DNA of 63,213 bases, filler included, from Octopus bimaculoides (Eukaryota), in NCBI RefSeq assembly GCF_001194135.2. It is 6 parts of 6 records of this genome, joined end to end, with 100 filler letters (N's around TTAATTAATTAA, not from the genome) between each part and the next. Parts side by side here need not be neighbours in the genome. Positions count along the whole stretch, not along the records: positions 1 to 10,030 come from NC_068990.1; positions 10,131 to 41,374 come from NC_068985.1; 4 more parts are not named here. One strand, 5' to 3'. Positions 1-11,309 of the stretch are shown here, one piece after another. Under the pieces are notes generated by a model. The model was not told the DNA's origin, ran no database searches, and saw only the letters and a list, made by a program, of their open reading frames with translations. The position numbers and the translations under genes are program-made. Each line of letters opens with the position of its first letter. Within the stretch, counting starts at the first letter, position 1.

Positions 1-55
1 GGGGTATTGAAAAGTTTCTGGATTTAAGGGTATCGCGAAAGGCCTGATTGGACAC
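1..55 (+). mobile_element. Mariner-type terminal inverted repeat fragment, cut by the window edge
   Basis: ggggtattgaaaagtttctggatt resembles the (TA)CGAGGGG..GAAAAGTT TIR seen at 14353. No transposase follows. Confidence 0.4.
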
Positions 56-95
56 GCTCATCATCACCATTTTAATATTTCCTCTTTACAATGCA

Positions 96-307
96 GCAAG
101 CTGGAAGAATCGTTAGCACGCCGGGCGAAATGCTAAACAGCTTTTTATCAGTCTTCACGATCTGAGTTCAAATTCCGCCGAGGTCTACTTTGTTTTAATC
201 CGTCCGGGGTCGATAAAAATAAGTCCCTGTTGAGTACTGGGGTTGATGGAATCGCGTCTAGCCTACTCCCCCGAAACTACTGGCCTTGTGCCAACATTTG
301 AAATCAC
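96..307 (+). mobile_element. tRNA-derived SINE, family A
   Basis: tRNA-like head (gctggaagaatcgttagcacg...gagttcaaattcc) and central cggggtcgataaaaataagt..ctgggg domain. Homologous copies recur in the window. Confidence 0.8.
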
Positions 308-529
308 TATCTCTTCTTTCCATGTACCATCCTTTTTTTTTTTTAATTAGGCGTCAGCAACTGTGAACCTCCTTGCCAAAATCTGAAGATGTGTGATATT
401 TCTTGGCAAAGATACAGGGTTTGTTTTTAGTTGCTTTCTGTCGGTTTATCTACTGTTTATTTTGCTTATTCACTGCCCTCTCGACCTTACCCTTGAATCG
501 CAGAAACTATTTAACTTTTATGTAGGGAG

Positions 530-879
530 AAAGGATCGGTTAACACAATATCAAGGGCTTGTTAACACGATATCAAGGGCTGGTTAACACGACGTCAAGG
601 GCTTTTTAACACGACATCAAGGGCTGCTTAGCACGACATCAAGGGCTGATCAGCGCTGCATCAATGGCTGGTCAATGCTACATCAAGGGCTGGTTAACAC
701 GACATCAAGGGATGGTCAACACGGCATTAAGGGCTGGTTAACACGACGTCAAGGGCTGGGTAACATGACGTCAAGAGCTGACCATCATGACATCATGGGA
801 TAGTTAGCACGACATCAAGGACTGTTAACATGACATCAAAGGTCGGTTAACCCGACATCAAGGGCTGATTAACCCAACG
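530..879. repeat. 22-bp minisatellite, about 16 diverged copies (consensus TCAAGGGCTGGTTAACACGACA)
   Basis: Units read directly at 551, 573, 595, 617, 639, 661, 683, 705, 727, 749, 771, 793, 815, 836 and 858. No spacers. Confidence 0.92.
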
Positions 880-1389
880 CCTCCGGTAAACATCATATCT
901 ACCAGCTGTGAGTCTATATGACACATGTCCAGGGGTCAGCTCTACTCCGAATCCTGAATATCTTAGCCACATGATCGTTTTCTGCTATTCAATCCTTCAC
1001 TAAAGTCCTTGACACTTACTGCTATCTGGGGCCAAAGCGGAACTAAGTGTGGTTGTCACAAAAGGATAGCTCCATACTCCTTAAAACTCCTTAAACATCC
1101 GAGGAGGAACCTCACCCCTGAAGGCAGTTTAATAACTTGTTAAAGACAACTTTAATATACGTTTTAAATGCGTGTGTGTGTACGTGGGCAGCTGTGGGTA
1201 AGTGTATACGTATGGGTTTGTGAATGTGTATGCGTGTCTGTATGTGCGTATGTGTGTGTTATCTAATTAGACTTGATGGTTTACGTTCAGCTTGAACCTT
1301 TGCAGATCGATCTTCGATCTTTTCAGAAAAAATATTAACTCCAAGGGGCATCGATTCTAGGAGAGTAATGTCTGGGCGGAAAGACGTGT

Positions 1390-1625
1390 TTTTATGTATG
1401 TACGCATGCATGCATATGTGTATGTATGTATGTATGTATGTATGTATGTATGCACGCATGCATGCATACGTGTGTGTATGTATGTACGCATGTATGTATA
1501 TATGTATGTATGTTCGCATGCATGCGCGTGTGTATGTATGTATGCATGCATTTACTCATGCATGCTTGCGCGTATGTATTTATGTGTGTATGCATGCATG
1601 TATGTATGTATGTATGTATGTATGT
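1390..1625. repeat. Compound (TATG)n/(TG)n microsatellite
   Basis: Direct reading. It generates the spurious MYVC/HTYI ORFs. Confidence 0.9.
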
Positions 1626-2039
1626 GTTGGGGAAGGGGAGTACGTGTGTATTCATAATAGAAATTTTCACGAGGTGGCCAAAAATATTCTCTAATCAAAA
1701 GTCCATAGGACGGTTTGAACTTATAACAGCTAGATAACGAAAACAAAGGGATATTCAATGAGTGGTCATATAGCAAGGAAAGTTGTGTTTTACCCTTGGA
1801 TACAGTCGCTACTGCTAATAAGAAACGAACCCATTCACTGCTTATTGGTCACTATATCCACTCGGCTAACTTTTGCACTAGCGTACACATACGGTTTGCA
1901 TACACACATGCACGCGCGCGTATTTGTCTATGAATGAACAGATGTTTACGTTTCACAAGTAGACAGACGAATCGACAGACAGACAAACAGATAGACGGGT
2001 GTGCAGGCAGGTAGGTAAGAAGGCAGACTGACGGATCGA

Positions 2040-2057
2040 TTGATCGATCGATCGATG

Positions 2058-2124
<67 letters not shown>

Positions 2125-2136
2125 TAAATCAAGAAA

Positions 2137-2167
<31 letters not shown>

Positions 2168-2246
2168 AGAAGAAGAAGAAGAAGAAGAAGAAGAAGAAGA
2201 AGAAGAAGAAGAAGAAATTATGATGATCATCATCACCGCGATGCTA

Positions 2247-2272
<26 letters not shown>
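2040..2272. repeat. Stacked microsatellites (GATA)n, (GAA)n and (GAT)n in intron 1 of the 5'-nucleotidase gene
   Basis: Direct reading. The stack begins about 20 nt from the splice donor. Confidence 0.92.
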
Positions 2273-2277
<5 letters not shown>

Positions 2278-2292
2278 GTGCATCTTACTCAC

Positions 2293-2679
2293 CATGGCAT
2301 CGTATTTTATCTCATTCATGAAATATGATGACGCGTATCCTTTAAAATGATGGAACCAGAAGCTTCCTTGGAATTGGTCACCGGCATCCAGTAGAAGAAC
2401 ATTGGGATCCTGTCCTCGTATTTCCTTAACTTTGGTAGCGATCCGTGCGATACCTCCATAACAACGGCCGGCATCAATATCTTTTTGCTTGCAGAGCGAG
2501 GAATACTTGTTGAGTTGCTGGAATTTGCTGTGAAAGTCGTTAGTGTGTAGAATAGTGAGGTGATCAGACGACGTAGAGCCTGTACTGATAACTGTCTGTA
2601 TGGTCAGAGTTAGAATGTACAATGACCCAAGTTGTTGTAGTAGTTTTGAAGTCTGTGACTCACAGCAAAACGGTGACAT
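2293..2679 (-). CDS. NT5E: Ecto-5'-nucleotidase (CD73-like, calcineurin-like metallophosphoesterase), first coding exon, 129 codons
   Basis: Hydrophobic leader, then LTILHTNDFH, C..GRCYGGIARIAT, VLLLDAGDQFQGSFWF and FMNEIKYDAM. The exon ends at a phase-0 GTGAGT donor (2292-2287) just before the expected ALGNHEFD. Exon 2 was not found in 1-2290, so the gene probably continues beyond the window start. Confidence 0.92.
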
Positions 2680-3020
2680 TTCTTTCTAAATTTTCAAGAG
2701 TATTTTTTTTTTTTCTTCAACCTTTTTTTCTTCAACTTTTTTTTAAAGAAACTCTCAAAGTTTGTTTACAGCTTAAACTTGTAAAAGACGACCACCAAGT
2801 ACTCACTCTGTTCACCGTTGTGGAGTGGAAGAAAGTGTGAATGTAGTATCTATAGAATGAATATAATATATATGTATATATACATGTGTGCGGGTGTGTA
2901 TGTGCTTGTGTTTGTGTGTGTGCATTCTATAATCTTTTAAGTATGAGCGCTTTTCTCTGTGCGTGTATGTAATACATGTATATTTTGAATCATTTGTATG
3001 TATGTATGTATATGTGTGAG

Positions 3021-3066
<46 letters not shown>

Positions 3067-4002
3067 NNNNNNNNNNNNNNNNNNNNNNNNNNNNNNNNNN
3101 NNNNNNNNNNNNNNNNNNNNNNNNNNNNNNNNNNNNNNNNNNNNNNNNNNNNNNNNNNNNNNNNNNNNNNNNNNNNNNNNNNNNNNNNNNNNNNNNNNNN
3201 NNNNNNNNNNNNNNNNNNNNNNNNNNNNNNNNNNNNNNNNNNNNNNNNNNNNNNNNNNNNNNNNNNNNNNNNNNNNNNNNNNNNNNNNNNNNNNNNNNNN
3301 NNNNNNNNNNNNNNNNNNNNNNNNNNNNNNNNNNNNNNNNNNNNNNNNNNNNNNNNNNNNNNNNNNNNNNNNNNNNNNNNNNNNNNNNNNNNNNNNNNNN
3401 NNNNNNNNNNNNNNNNNNNNNNNNNNNNNNNNNNNNNNNNNNNNNNNNNNNNNNNNNNNNNNNNNNNNNNNNNNNNNNNNNNNNNNNNNNNNNNNNNNNN
3501 NNNNNNNNNNNNNNNNNNNNNNNNNNNNNNNNNNNNNNNNNNNNNNNNNNNNNNNNNNNNNNNNNNNNNNNNNNNNNNNNNNNNNNNNNNNNNNNNNNNN
3601 NNNNNNNNNNNNNNNNNNNNNNNNNNNNNNNNNNNNNNNNNNNNNNNNNNNNNCGAATACATAAAACACCGGTTGGATGTTTGTAAAACAAACTACAAAA
3701 ACTGGTTTGTTATTGTTGTAGATGTTGCTGCTGCTGCTGCTGCTGTTGTTGTTGTTGTTATTGTTGTTGTTTTACGCCCCTTCTCTTCTGCGTATTCCTA
3801 TATTAAAACGTCTTGCCTACATACGAGAAGATTGTTTCTAGTTTTCTTTTGTTAAATGAATGCAAAACTGTGCGCGCGCGCGCGCGCGCGAGCGTGTGTA
3901 CGTGAATTGTATGCGTGTGCATGTGTGTGTATGTGTGTGTATGCATGAAAAGATAGATACACACACGCACACACACAACACATACATATGCATACATATA
4001 TG

Positions 4003-4050
<48 letters not shown>

Positions 4051-4327
4051 CATATATGTGTGTGTGTGTGTGCGAGTATGTAAGTATGTGTGTGTACATA
4101 AGTGTATCTGTATGCAGTATGTGTCTGTATACTAATGCGTGAGAGAGCGTGCCTGTTTGTAAGAGTAGGTGTAACAGTATTTCTGTAGATACGTGTATGT
4201 GTGTATGTGTGTAAGTAGTCGCTGGCACGCGCGCGCGTGTGTGTGTGAGTGTGTGTGGGTATGAGTCTATTGTGATGCGAACCGGCTAAGTGCTGTGAAG
4301 AAGAAGAAGAAGAAGAAGAAGAAGAAG

Positions 4328-4368
<41 letters not shown>

Positions 4369-5442
4369 AACACACAAATGAGCATAGATGAAACAAACAC
4401 ACAGACAGACGAAATAAAGCAAGGTCGTAATTAAAAGGAGGAAGAACTAATTGTTATTATTATTAATACCAAAAGAAAANNNNNNNNNNNNNNNNNNNNN
4501 NNNNNNNNNNNNNNNNNNNNNNNNNNNNNNNNNNNNNNNNNNNNNNNNNNNNNNNNNNNNNNNNNNNNNNNNNNNNNNNNNNNNNNNNNNNNNNNNNNNN
4601 NNNNNNNNNNNNNNNNNNNNNNNNNNNNNNNNNNNNNNNNNNNNNNNNNNNNNNNNNNNNNNNNNNNNNNNNNNNNNNNNNNNNNNNNNNNNNNNNNNNN
4701 NNNNNNNNNNNNNNNNNNNNNNNNNNNNNNNNNNNNNNNNNNNNNNNNNNNNNNNNNNNNNNNNNNNNNNNNNNNNNNNNNNNNNNNNNNNNNNNNNNNN
4801 NNNNNNNNNNNNNNNNNNNNNNNNNNNNNNNNNNNNNNNNNNNNNNNNNNNNNNNNNNNNNNNNNNNNNNNNNNNNNNNNNNNNNNNNNNNNNNNNNNNN
4901 NNNNNNNNNNNNNNNNNNNNNNNNNNNNNNNNNNNNNNNNNNNNNNNNNNNNNNNNNNNNNNNNNNNNNNNNNNNNNNNNNNNNNNNNNNNNNNNNNNNN
5001 NNNNNNNNNNNNNNNNNNNNNNNNNNNNNNNNNNNNNNNNNNNNNNNNNNNNNNNNNNNNNNNNNNNNNNNNNNNNNNNNNNNNNNNNNNNNNNNNNNNN
5101 NNNNNNNNNNNNNNNNNNNNNNNNNNNNNNNNNNNNNNNNNNNNNNNNNNNNNNNNNNNNNNNNNNNNNNNNNNNNNNNNNNNNNNNNNNNNNNNNNNNN
5201 NNNNNNNNNNNNNNNNNNNNNNNNNNNNNNNNNNNNNNNNNNNNNNNNNNNNNNNNNNNNNNNNNNNNNNNNNNNNNNNNNNNNNNNNNNNNNNNNNNNN
5301 NNNNNNNNNNNNNNNNNNNNAAAGTTTCACAAATTTATCATAATACAGTTTTTACAATTTTGGGTTTTGGGGTTTTTCATTTTTTTCTTCTTTTTTTTGT
5401 CTGCCCTGAATGAATCGTTTCAACTGGTTGTTATATACACAC

Positions 5443-5634
5443 ACACACATATTCATGCGGGTGTGTAACCGGCATCGGTGCGTTTACGTCACCGTAGCTT
5501 AGCGGTTCGGCAAAAGTTACCGATAGAATAAGTATTAGGCTTTTTTTTAAAAAAAATCCTGGGAGCCGCTTTGTTTGGCGGTGCTCCAGCAAGGCCGCAG
5601 TCAAATGACTGAAACAAGTAAAAGAGTAAAAGAT
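5443..5634 (+). mobile_element. SINE, family C
   Basis: gtgcgtttacgtcaccgtagcttagcggttcggcaaaag...gccgcagtcaaatgactgaaacaagtaaaagagtaaaag. Other copies at about 7645-7856(-), 30610-30810(-), 39060-39240(+), 41978-42180(-) and 58018-58170(-). Confidence 0.8.
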
Positions 5635-5950
5635 TAAACACACACACACACACACATAGAAATATACACACTCGTACATGTGTTCGTGTATGTGTGTGTA
5701 TGCTTATATTTGCGTGTATGTTTTTATATGTGTACGTGTGTGTGTGTGTGTGTGCATGTGTGTTNNNNNNNNNNTCTGGGTACAGGACGTCACAAAAAAA
5801 CGTGGACAAAATGAAAAGCAGAACATAAACAAAGCACGGAAAACAAACTTTTTTCGGACAACGGTAGGAATACACAGGAAAACAAACAGGCCACATAGAG
5901 AACATTTCCTTCATCAGCTGCCCCTATTCTAAACTAAGCGTTTCGAAGAA

Positions 5951-6110
5951 CGACGGGTTTCTTTCAATTTCAGTCTACCAAATCCACTTACAAGGCTTTG
6001 GTCGGCCCCAGACTATACTAGAAGACACTTGCTCAAGGTGCCACGTAGTGGAACTGACCCCGGAACCATGTGGTTGGGAAGCCAGCTTCTTACCACACAG
6101 CCACTCCGGC
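5951..6110 (-). mobile_element. CORE-like tRNA SINE, family B
   Basis: Reverse complement reads gagtggctgtgtggtaagaagctggcttcccaaccacatggttccgggg...accttgagcaagtgtctt, a MIR/CORE-like motif. Confidence 0.8.
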
Positions 6111-6160
6111 GTACGTATATATGTATGGAGGTATGTATGTTCAGGTGCGTGTATGTATCC

Positions 6161-6214
<54 letters not shown>

Positions 6215-7644
6215 NNNNNNNNNNNNNNNNNNNNNNNNNNNNNNNNNNNNNNNNNNNNNNNNNNNNNNNNNNNNNNNNNNNNNNNNNNNNNNNNNNNNNN
6301 NNNNNNNNNNNNNNNNNNNNNNNNNNNNNNNNNNNNNNNNNNNNNNNNNNNNNNNNNNNNNNNNNNNNNNNNNNNNNNNNNNNNNNNNNNNNNNNNNNNN
6401 NNNNNNNNNNNNNNNNNNNNNNNNNNNNNNNNNNNNNNNNNNNNNNNNNNNNNNNNNNNNNNNNNNNNNNNNNNNNNNNNNNNNNNNNNNNNNNNNNNNN
6501 NNNNNNNNNNNNNNNNNNNNNNNNNNNNNNNNNNNNNNNNNNNNNNNNNNNNNNNNNNNNNNNNNNNNNNNNNNNNNNNNNNNNNNNNNNNNNNNNNNNN
6601 NNNNNNNNNNNNNNNNNNNNNNNNNNNNNNNNNNNNNNNNNNNNNNNNNNNNNNNNNNNNNNNNNNNNNNNNNNNNNNNNNNNNNNNNNNNNNNNNNNNN
6701 NNNNNNNNNNNNNNNNNNNNNNNNNNNNNNNNNNNNNNNNNNNNNNNNNNNNNNNNNNNNNNNNNNNNNNNNNNNNNNNNNNNNNNNNNNNNNNNNNNNN
6801 NNNNNNNNNNNNNNNNNNNNNNNNNNNNNNNNNNNNNNNNNNNNNNNNNNNNNNNNNNNNNNNNNNNNNNNNNNNNNNNNNNNNNNNNNNNNNNNNNNNN
6901 NNNNNNNNNNNNNNNNNNNNNNNNNNNNNNNNNNNNNNNNATATTTGTCTATGTTTTGTTTGCAATGTTCTGTACCCAGATATGCACCTATATATACAGC
7001 TATGATGCTCCCCCACTACTTCTGCTCATGATCAGAGATGTACATATCATCAGCCACCAAAGGACATGCTCAACTGGTTAAGGTCAAACAACTGACAAGC
7101 AAATGTCTTAGCAGTATTTCTTCCGCTTCTTAACGTTTTGAGTTCAAATATCGCCAAAGTTGACTTGGCTTTTCATCCTTTCGGGTTCTTTAAAATAAGT
7201 ACCAGTTGAGCACTGGGGCGATGTAGTGGACTACCCCTAGACCTAGTCTTTCTCATTCGCAAAATGAGCCCCCTTAACTCTTGCTACGAATGCTTTCAGT
7301 TTTGGTGTATCAATGCAACTCTGAATTTTGATTACGATCAACTAATTACTTTATCTCGTAGATTAAAGAATCTGATGTTATTTGGAATTAAAGTTGAGAA
7401 AATTGGGTAATTTTAGCCAATCAACAGACAGCGAGGCATTAACAGCTTGTTACCACGACAACTGCACGTTGTATTGCGTTTCATCTGCTTCTGTTGATTC
7501 TTCTCACCACGAGATTTTCTTCACCCGCGTGTTTTGTTTTAATAAAGATTTATAGTTATCAATTAGAATCCCTCTCTTAATACATATAACAGAAAAAAAT
7601 ACTAAAAGGAAGCTCTGTGTGTTTAAATTTTAGAATATAACTCT

Positions 7645-7856
7645 ATACTCTTTTACTCTTTTACTTGTTTCAGTCAATTGACTGCGGCCATGCTGGAGCA
7701 CCGCCTTTTAGGACTTATTCTTTGGAATCCTAATACTTATTCTTTCGGTCTCTTTTGCCGAATCGTTAAGTTACGGTTGTCAAGCAATGCTGGGGTAACA
7801 AACACAGACACACAAACATATACACAAACAAACATATATACATTTATATACATATA
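7645..7856 (-). mobile_element. SINE, family C
   Basis: tactcttttactcttttacttgtttcagtca..gcggccatgctggagcacc is the reverse complement of the 5443-5634 copy. Confidence 0.8.
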
Positions 7857-8021
7857 TACGACGGGCTTCTTTCAGTTTCCGTCTACCAAATCCACTCACA
7901 AGGCTTTGGTCGGCCCGAGTCTATAGTAGAAGACACTTGCCCAAGGTGCCACGCAGTGGGAATGAACCCGGAACCATGTGGTTGGTAAGCGAGCTACTTA
8001 CCACACAGCCACTCCTGCGCC
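7857..8021 (-). mobile_element. CORE-like tRNA SINE, family B
   Basis: Near-consensus copy homologous to 5951-6110, 37452-37600(+) and 52803-52950(-). Confidence 0.85.
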
Positions 8022-8395
8022 TGTAAATGTAGAAGCTTCGATAAATATATAAATAATTTTAATGGTGTATTTCGAAGTATATACAGCTATGAATAATATC
8101 TTGTAGTATGCTGAGTCAAAATTTAAAATAGATAAATAAATAAATAAATAGATCAAACTTTTTGATGGTAAAAAGACTGAAGTCTAACTAATAGACCTGA
8201 AGCGCGCATCTTCTGTATCCAAATATGTTAGACCTAGCAATCCTCGGCCTTCTTGTTTCCGGAGTGTTTTTTAACTTAACATATTAGAAGCTGTTGCTTA
8301 TAACTGAATTTACTTCAGGATACACCATTAAAATGATTTATTTACGTGCACGCATACAGACATACTTATTAGAATCACAGAAGTTTATGTGTATA

Positions 8396-8612
8396 AGGCG
8401 GCGAGCTGGTAGAAACGTTAACACGCCGGGCGAAATGCTTAGCGATATTTCGTCTGACTTTACGTTCTTGGTTCAAATGCCGCCGAGGTCGACCTTGCTT
8501 TTCATCCTTTCAGGGTCGATAAATTAAGTACAGTTGCATACTGGGGTCGATCTAATCGACTGCCCTCCCCACTCCCCAAGAATTTCAAGCCTTGTGCCTA
8601 GAGTAGAAAAGA
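8396..8612 (+). mobile_element. tRNA-derived SINE, family A
   Basis: Homologous to 96-307. Further copies at about 7100-7240(+), 16592-16772(-), 29955-30170(+) and 61790-61990(+). Confidence 0.85.
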
Positions 8613-9604
8613 AAAGATGTTTATGTGTACATGCATGTAAATAGATATGTTTATGAGTGTATTTGTACGATAAATTTAATATAAATAGTCTACAGTTCAT
8701 TACATCTGCAACTATGAAACAAACGAATATAATATCATCTAGTTATTCTCTACACATAGAAAACTAAAAGTGGTTACTCTGACATATTTCATGGCTTGTT
8801 GCCCACTCTTCAGCGGATAACTACCCCTCTCACTTCTGCAAACGATATCATTTTTAGATTCAAGCACAGACTACGATCTAGCCGAAATAGCTAAACTAAT
8901 TTGCATATCGAGCTACAACGATTTACAATGGCTTTATTAAGTAATTTATGAATAAGTGTGAGTTAGATAATCAAAGATAAATTTAATGTAATTTGTATGT
9001 ATTTAATTATGTATGTCATTATTCAGTTTTATTTCAATATTTTTCCTTCACTGGAATTTCTACATCAACAGGGGATGTATGTATGTATGTATGTATGTAT
9101 GTATGTATGTATGTATGTATGCATGTAAGCATACATATACACACGTACTTTTTATTCTCAATTCCTGTCAAATATTTTATAATTGATATTGCTACTAAAT
9201 TCTCTGAAAAACTACTTACAAAAAGGTAAAATATATTGGGCTTTTTTTTTTTTAATTTACAAAGATGATGGGGGGAAACTTGTCCACTGAGAGATTTCTT
9301 TCCTCCACAATGAAAAACAGAAAGCCTATATTGGGGTAAAGATTCCACACAAAAAATTTTAACTCGTCATAAAACGCATCGCAGTAACTATGAACCAAGA
9401 ATTTTTGAAGACGTTGTTTAAAGACAAATGAATAAAAGAAAAAATAAACATCTGGGCACATCTGACGCCTTTTGGCATTCACACGCATGCAGTACAGCCT
9501 AAATCAAAATCTTTCCTAGAAAGCAGACTGAATATTGACAGCTGTTTTCTCCGGAAATCCTAAGGTGAAGGTATACTGTTTTTATCAATTCTCTTCGAAT
9601 ATAG

Positions 9605-9667
<63 letters not shown>

Positions 9668-9671
9668 TAAT

Positions 9672-10030
9672 GCCCGGATGCAGTACCAGGCAGTGACCCT
9701 CAAGGCTTCTGGTCTTAATTGATTGGAAGTGTTATCATGTACATTGTTTTGTCTTGGTATAAAAGATGGGCTACAACAAATATTCTGCTTAATACCACAG
9801 ATTCGCTTGTAATGATTTTAGACCTTAAAATCTTGAGCATGTCCTTTGGTGGCTGATGATATGTGCATCTCTGATCATGAGCAGAAGTAGTGGGGGAGCA
9901 TCATAGCTATGTGTTGAGAGGAATTCTTTGGGGTTTGAATAATTCACCTTTGGAAACATGGGTGTTTTGCTCAGCATCCTTAAACAAACCTTATTCAGGG
10001 ACTTTTTGAGCGGGATGGGCTACTCGACCT
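9672..10030 (+). mobile_element. Interspersed repeat, family E (SINE-like), following a (TAA)n tract
   Basis: Sub-segments recur at about 6995-7105(-), 30190-30500 and 30885-30958(-, three tandem acttccaatcagttaagatca units). Confidence 0.65.
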
Positions 10031-10130
10031 NNNNNNNNNNNNNNNNNNNNNNNNNNNNNNNNNNNNNNNNNNNNTTAATTAATTAANNNNNNNNNNNNNN
10101 NNNNNNNNNNNNNNNNNNNNNNNNNNNNNN
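10031..10130. other. Artificial 100-bp gap spacer (44 N + TTAATTAATTAA + 44 N)
   Basis: The same layout appears around 41375-41474, 56875-56974, 59150-59249 and 61088-61187. The 12-mer puts stop codons in all six frames. Confidence 0.9.
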
Positions 10131-10487
10131 CAGACAACCCAAGACGGTCCAAGAGAACCCGTAAAACCCAAGAGAGACTTTGCTGTTGATACTTCTTGTG
10201 TAGCATCAATTTCAGTGGGGAGGTGTTATATGGACTGTTAGATATGTAATTCGTCTGACGTTCCGTGTGTCATGTGGTTCGTCTGAGTTCATTGTTTCAT
10301 TGTTGTTGTCTTGTGGGACTGTCGTCGTAAAATGTCATTGATATATATATGGCGGACATGACTTTTGTTTATTCATAACGAACATTGGGTGAGTGCGTTC
10401 TTTGTATGTAATTGAACAATAAATGTAATAATTAAATTGTATAACTCGTTATGTTATCTCTACGAGTCACCCGAGGGAAACATAACA
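10131..10487 (+). mobile_element. 3' end of a Gypsy-like LTR retrotransposon: integrase tail, PPT and 264-bp 3' LTR (10224-10487)
   Basis: Reading frame ..PRRSKRTRKTQERLCC*, purine tract agtggggagg immediately before TG, LTR bounded by TGTTAT...ATAACA inverted termini, internal TATA-like run and AATAAA. The rest is lost in the gap. Confidence 0.8.
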
Positions 10488-10612
10488 GTTTTCATATTTG
10501 TATCTTTCCTTTTTTGAACTAACCAGTTGTATAGATGTAAACACAATTCCTTCTCCTTCTTTTCTTCTTTCTTTCCTACTCTTTTCCATTGACACTCCTT
10601 TCAAATACACAG

Positions 10613-10678
<66 letters not shown>

Positions 10679-11309
10679 NNNNNNNNNNNNNNNNNNNNNN
10701 NNNNNNNNNNNNNNNNNNNNNNNNNNNNNNNNNNNNNNNNNNNNNNNNNNNNNNNNNNNNNNNNNNNNNNNNNNNNNNNNNNNNNNNNNNNNNNNNNNNN
10801 NNNNNNNNNNNNNNNNNNNNNNNNNNNNNNNNNNNNNNNNNNNNNNNNNNNNNNNNNNNNNNNNNNNNNNNNNNNNNNNNNNNNNNNNNNNNNNNNNNNN
10901 NNNNNNNNNNNNNNNNNNNNNNNNNNNNNNNNNNNNNNNNNNNNNNNNNNNNNNNNNNNNNNNNNNNNNNNNNNNNNNNNNNNNNNNNNNNNNNNNNNNN
11001 NNNNNNNNNNNNNNNNNNNNNNNNNNNNNNNNNNNNNNNNNNNNNNNNNNNNNNNNNNNNNNNNNNNNNNNNNNNNNNNNNNNNNNNNNNNNNNNNNNNN
11101 NNNNNNNNNNNNNNNNNNNNNNNNNNNNNNNNNNNNNNNNNNNNNNNNNNNNNNNNNNNNNNNNNNNNNNNNNNNNNNNNNNNNNNNNNNNNNNNNNNNN
11201 NNNNNNNNNNNNNNNNNNNNNNNNNNNNNNNNNNNNNNNNNNNNNNNNNNNNNNNNNNNNNNNNNNNNNNNNNNNNNNNNNNNNNNNNNNNNNNNNNNNN
11301 NNNNNNNNN

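Noticed and set aside
530-879. CRISPR-like array
   Set aside because: Contiguous tandem units with no unique spacers and no cas genes, in a eukaryotic intron.
1259-1776. ORFs as possible exon 2 of the 5'-nucleotidase
   Set aside because: No GNHEFD motif in any frame examined. The ORFs are mostly TATG microsatellite.
9853-9900. CTGATGA as a hammerhead core (also near 16838-16850 on the minus strand)
   Set aside because: No stem II closed by GAAA and no stem I or III pairing.
10075-10086. TTAATTAATTAA islands inside N runs (also 41419, 56919, 59194, 61132)
   Set aside because: Always 44 N + 12-mer + 44 N = 100 bp, with stops in all six frames. This is an artificial gap linker, not biology.
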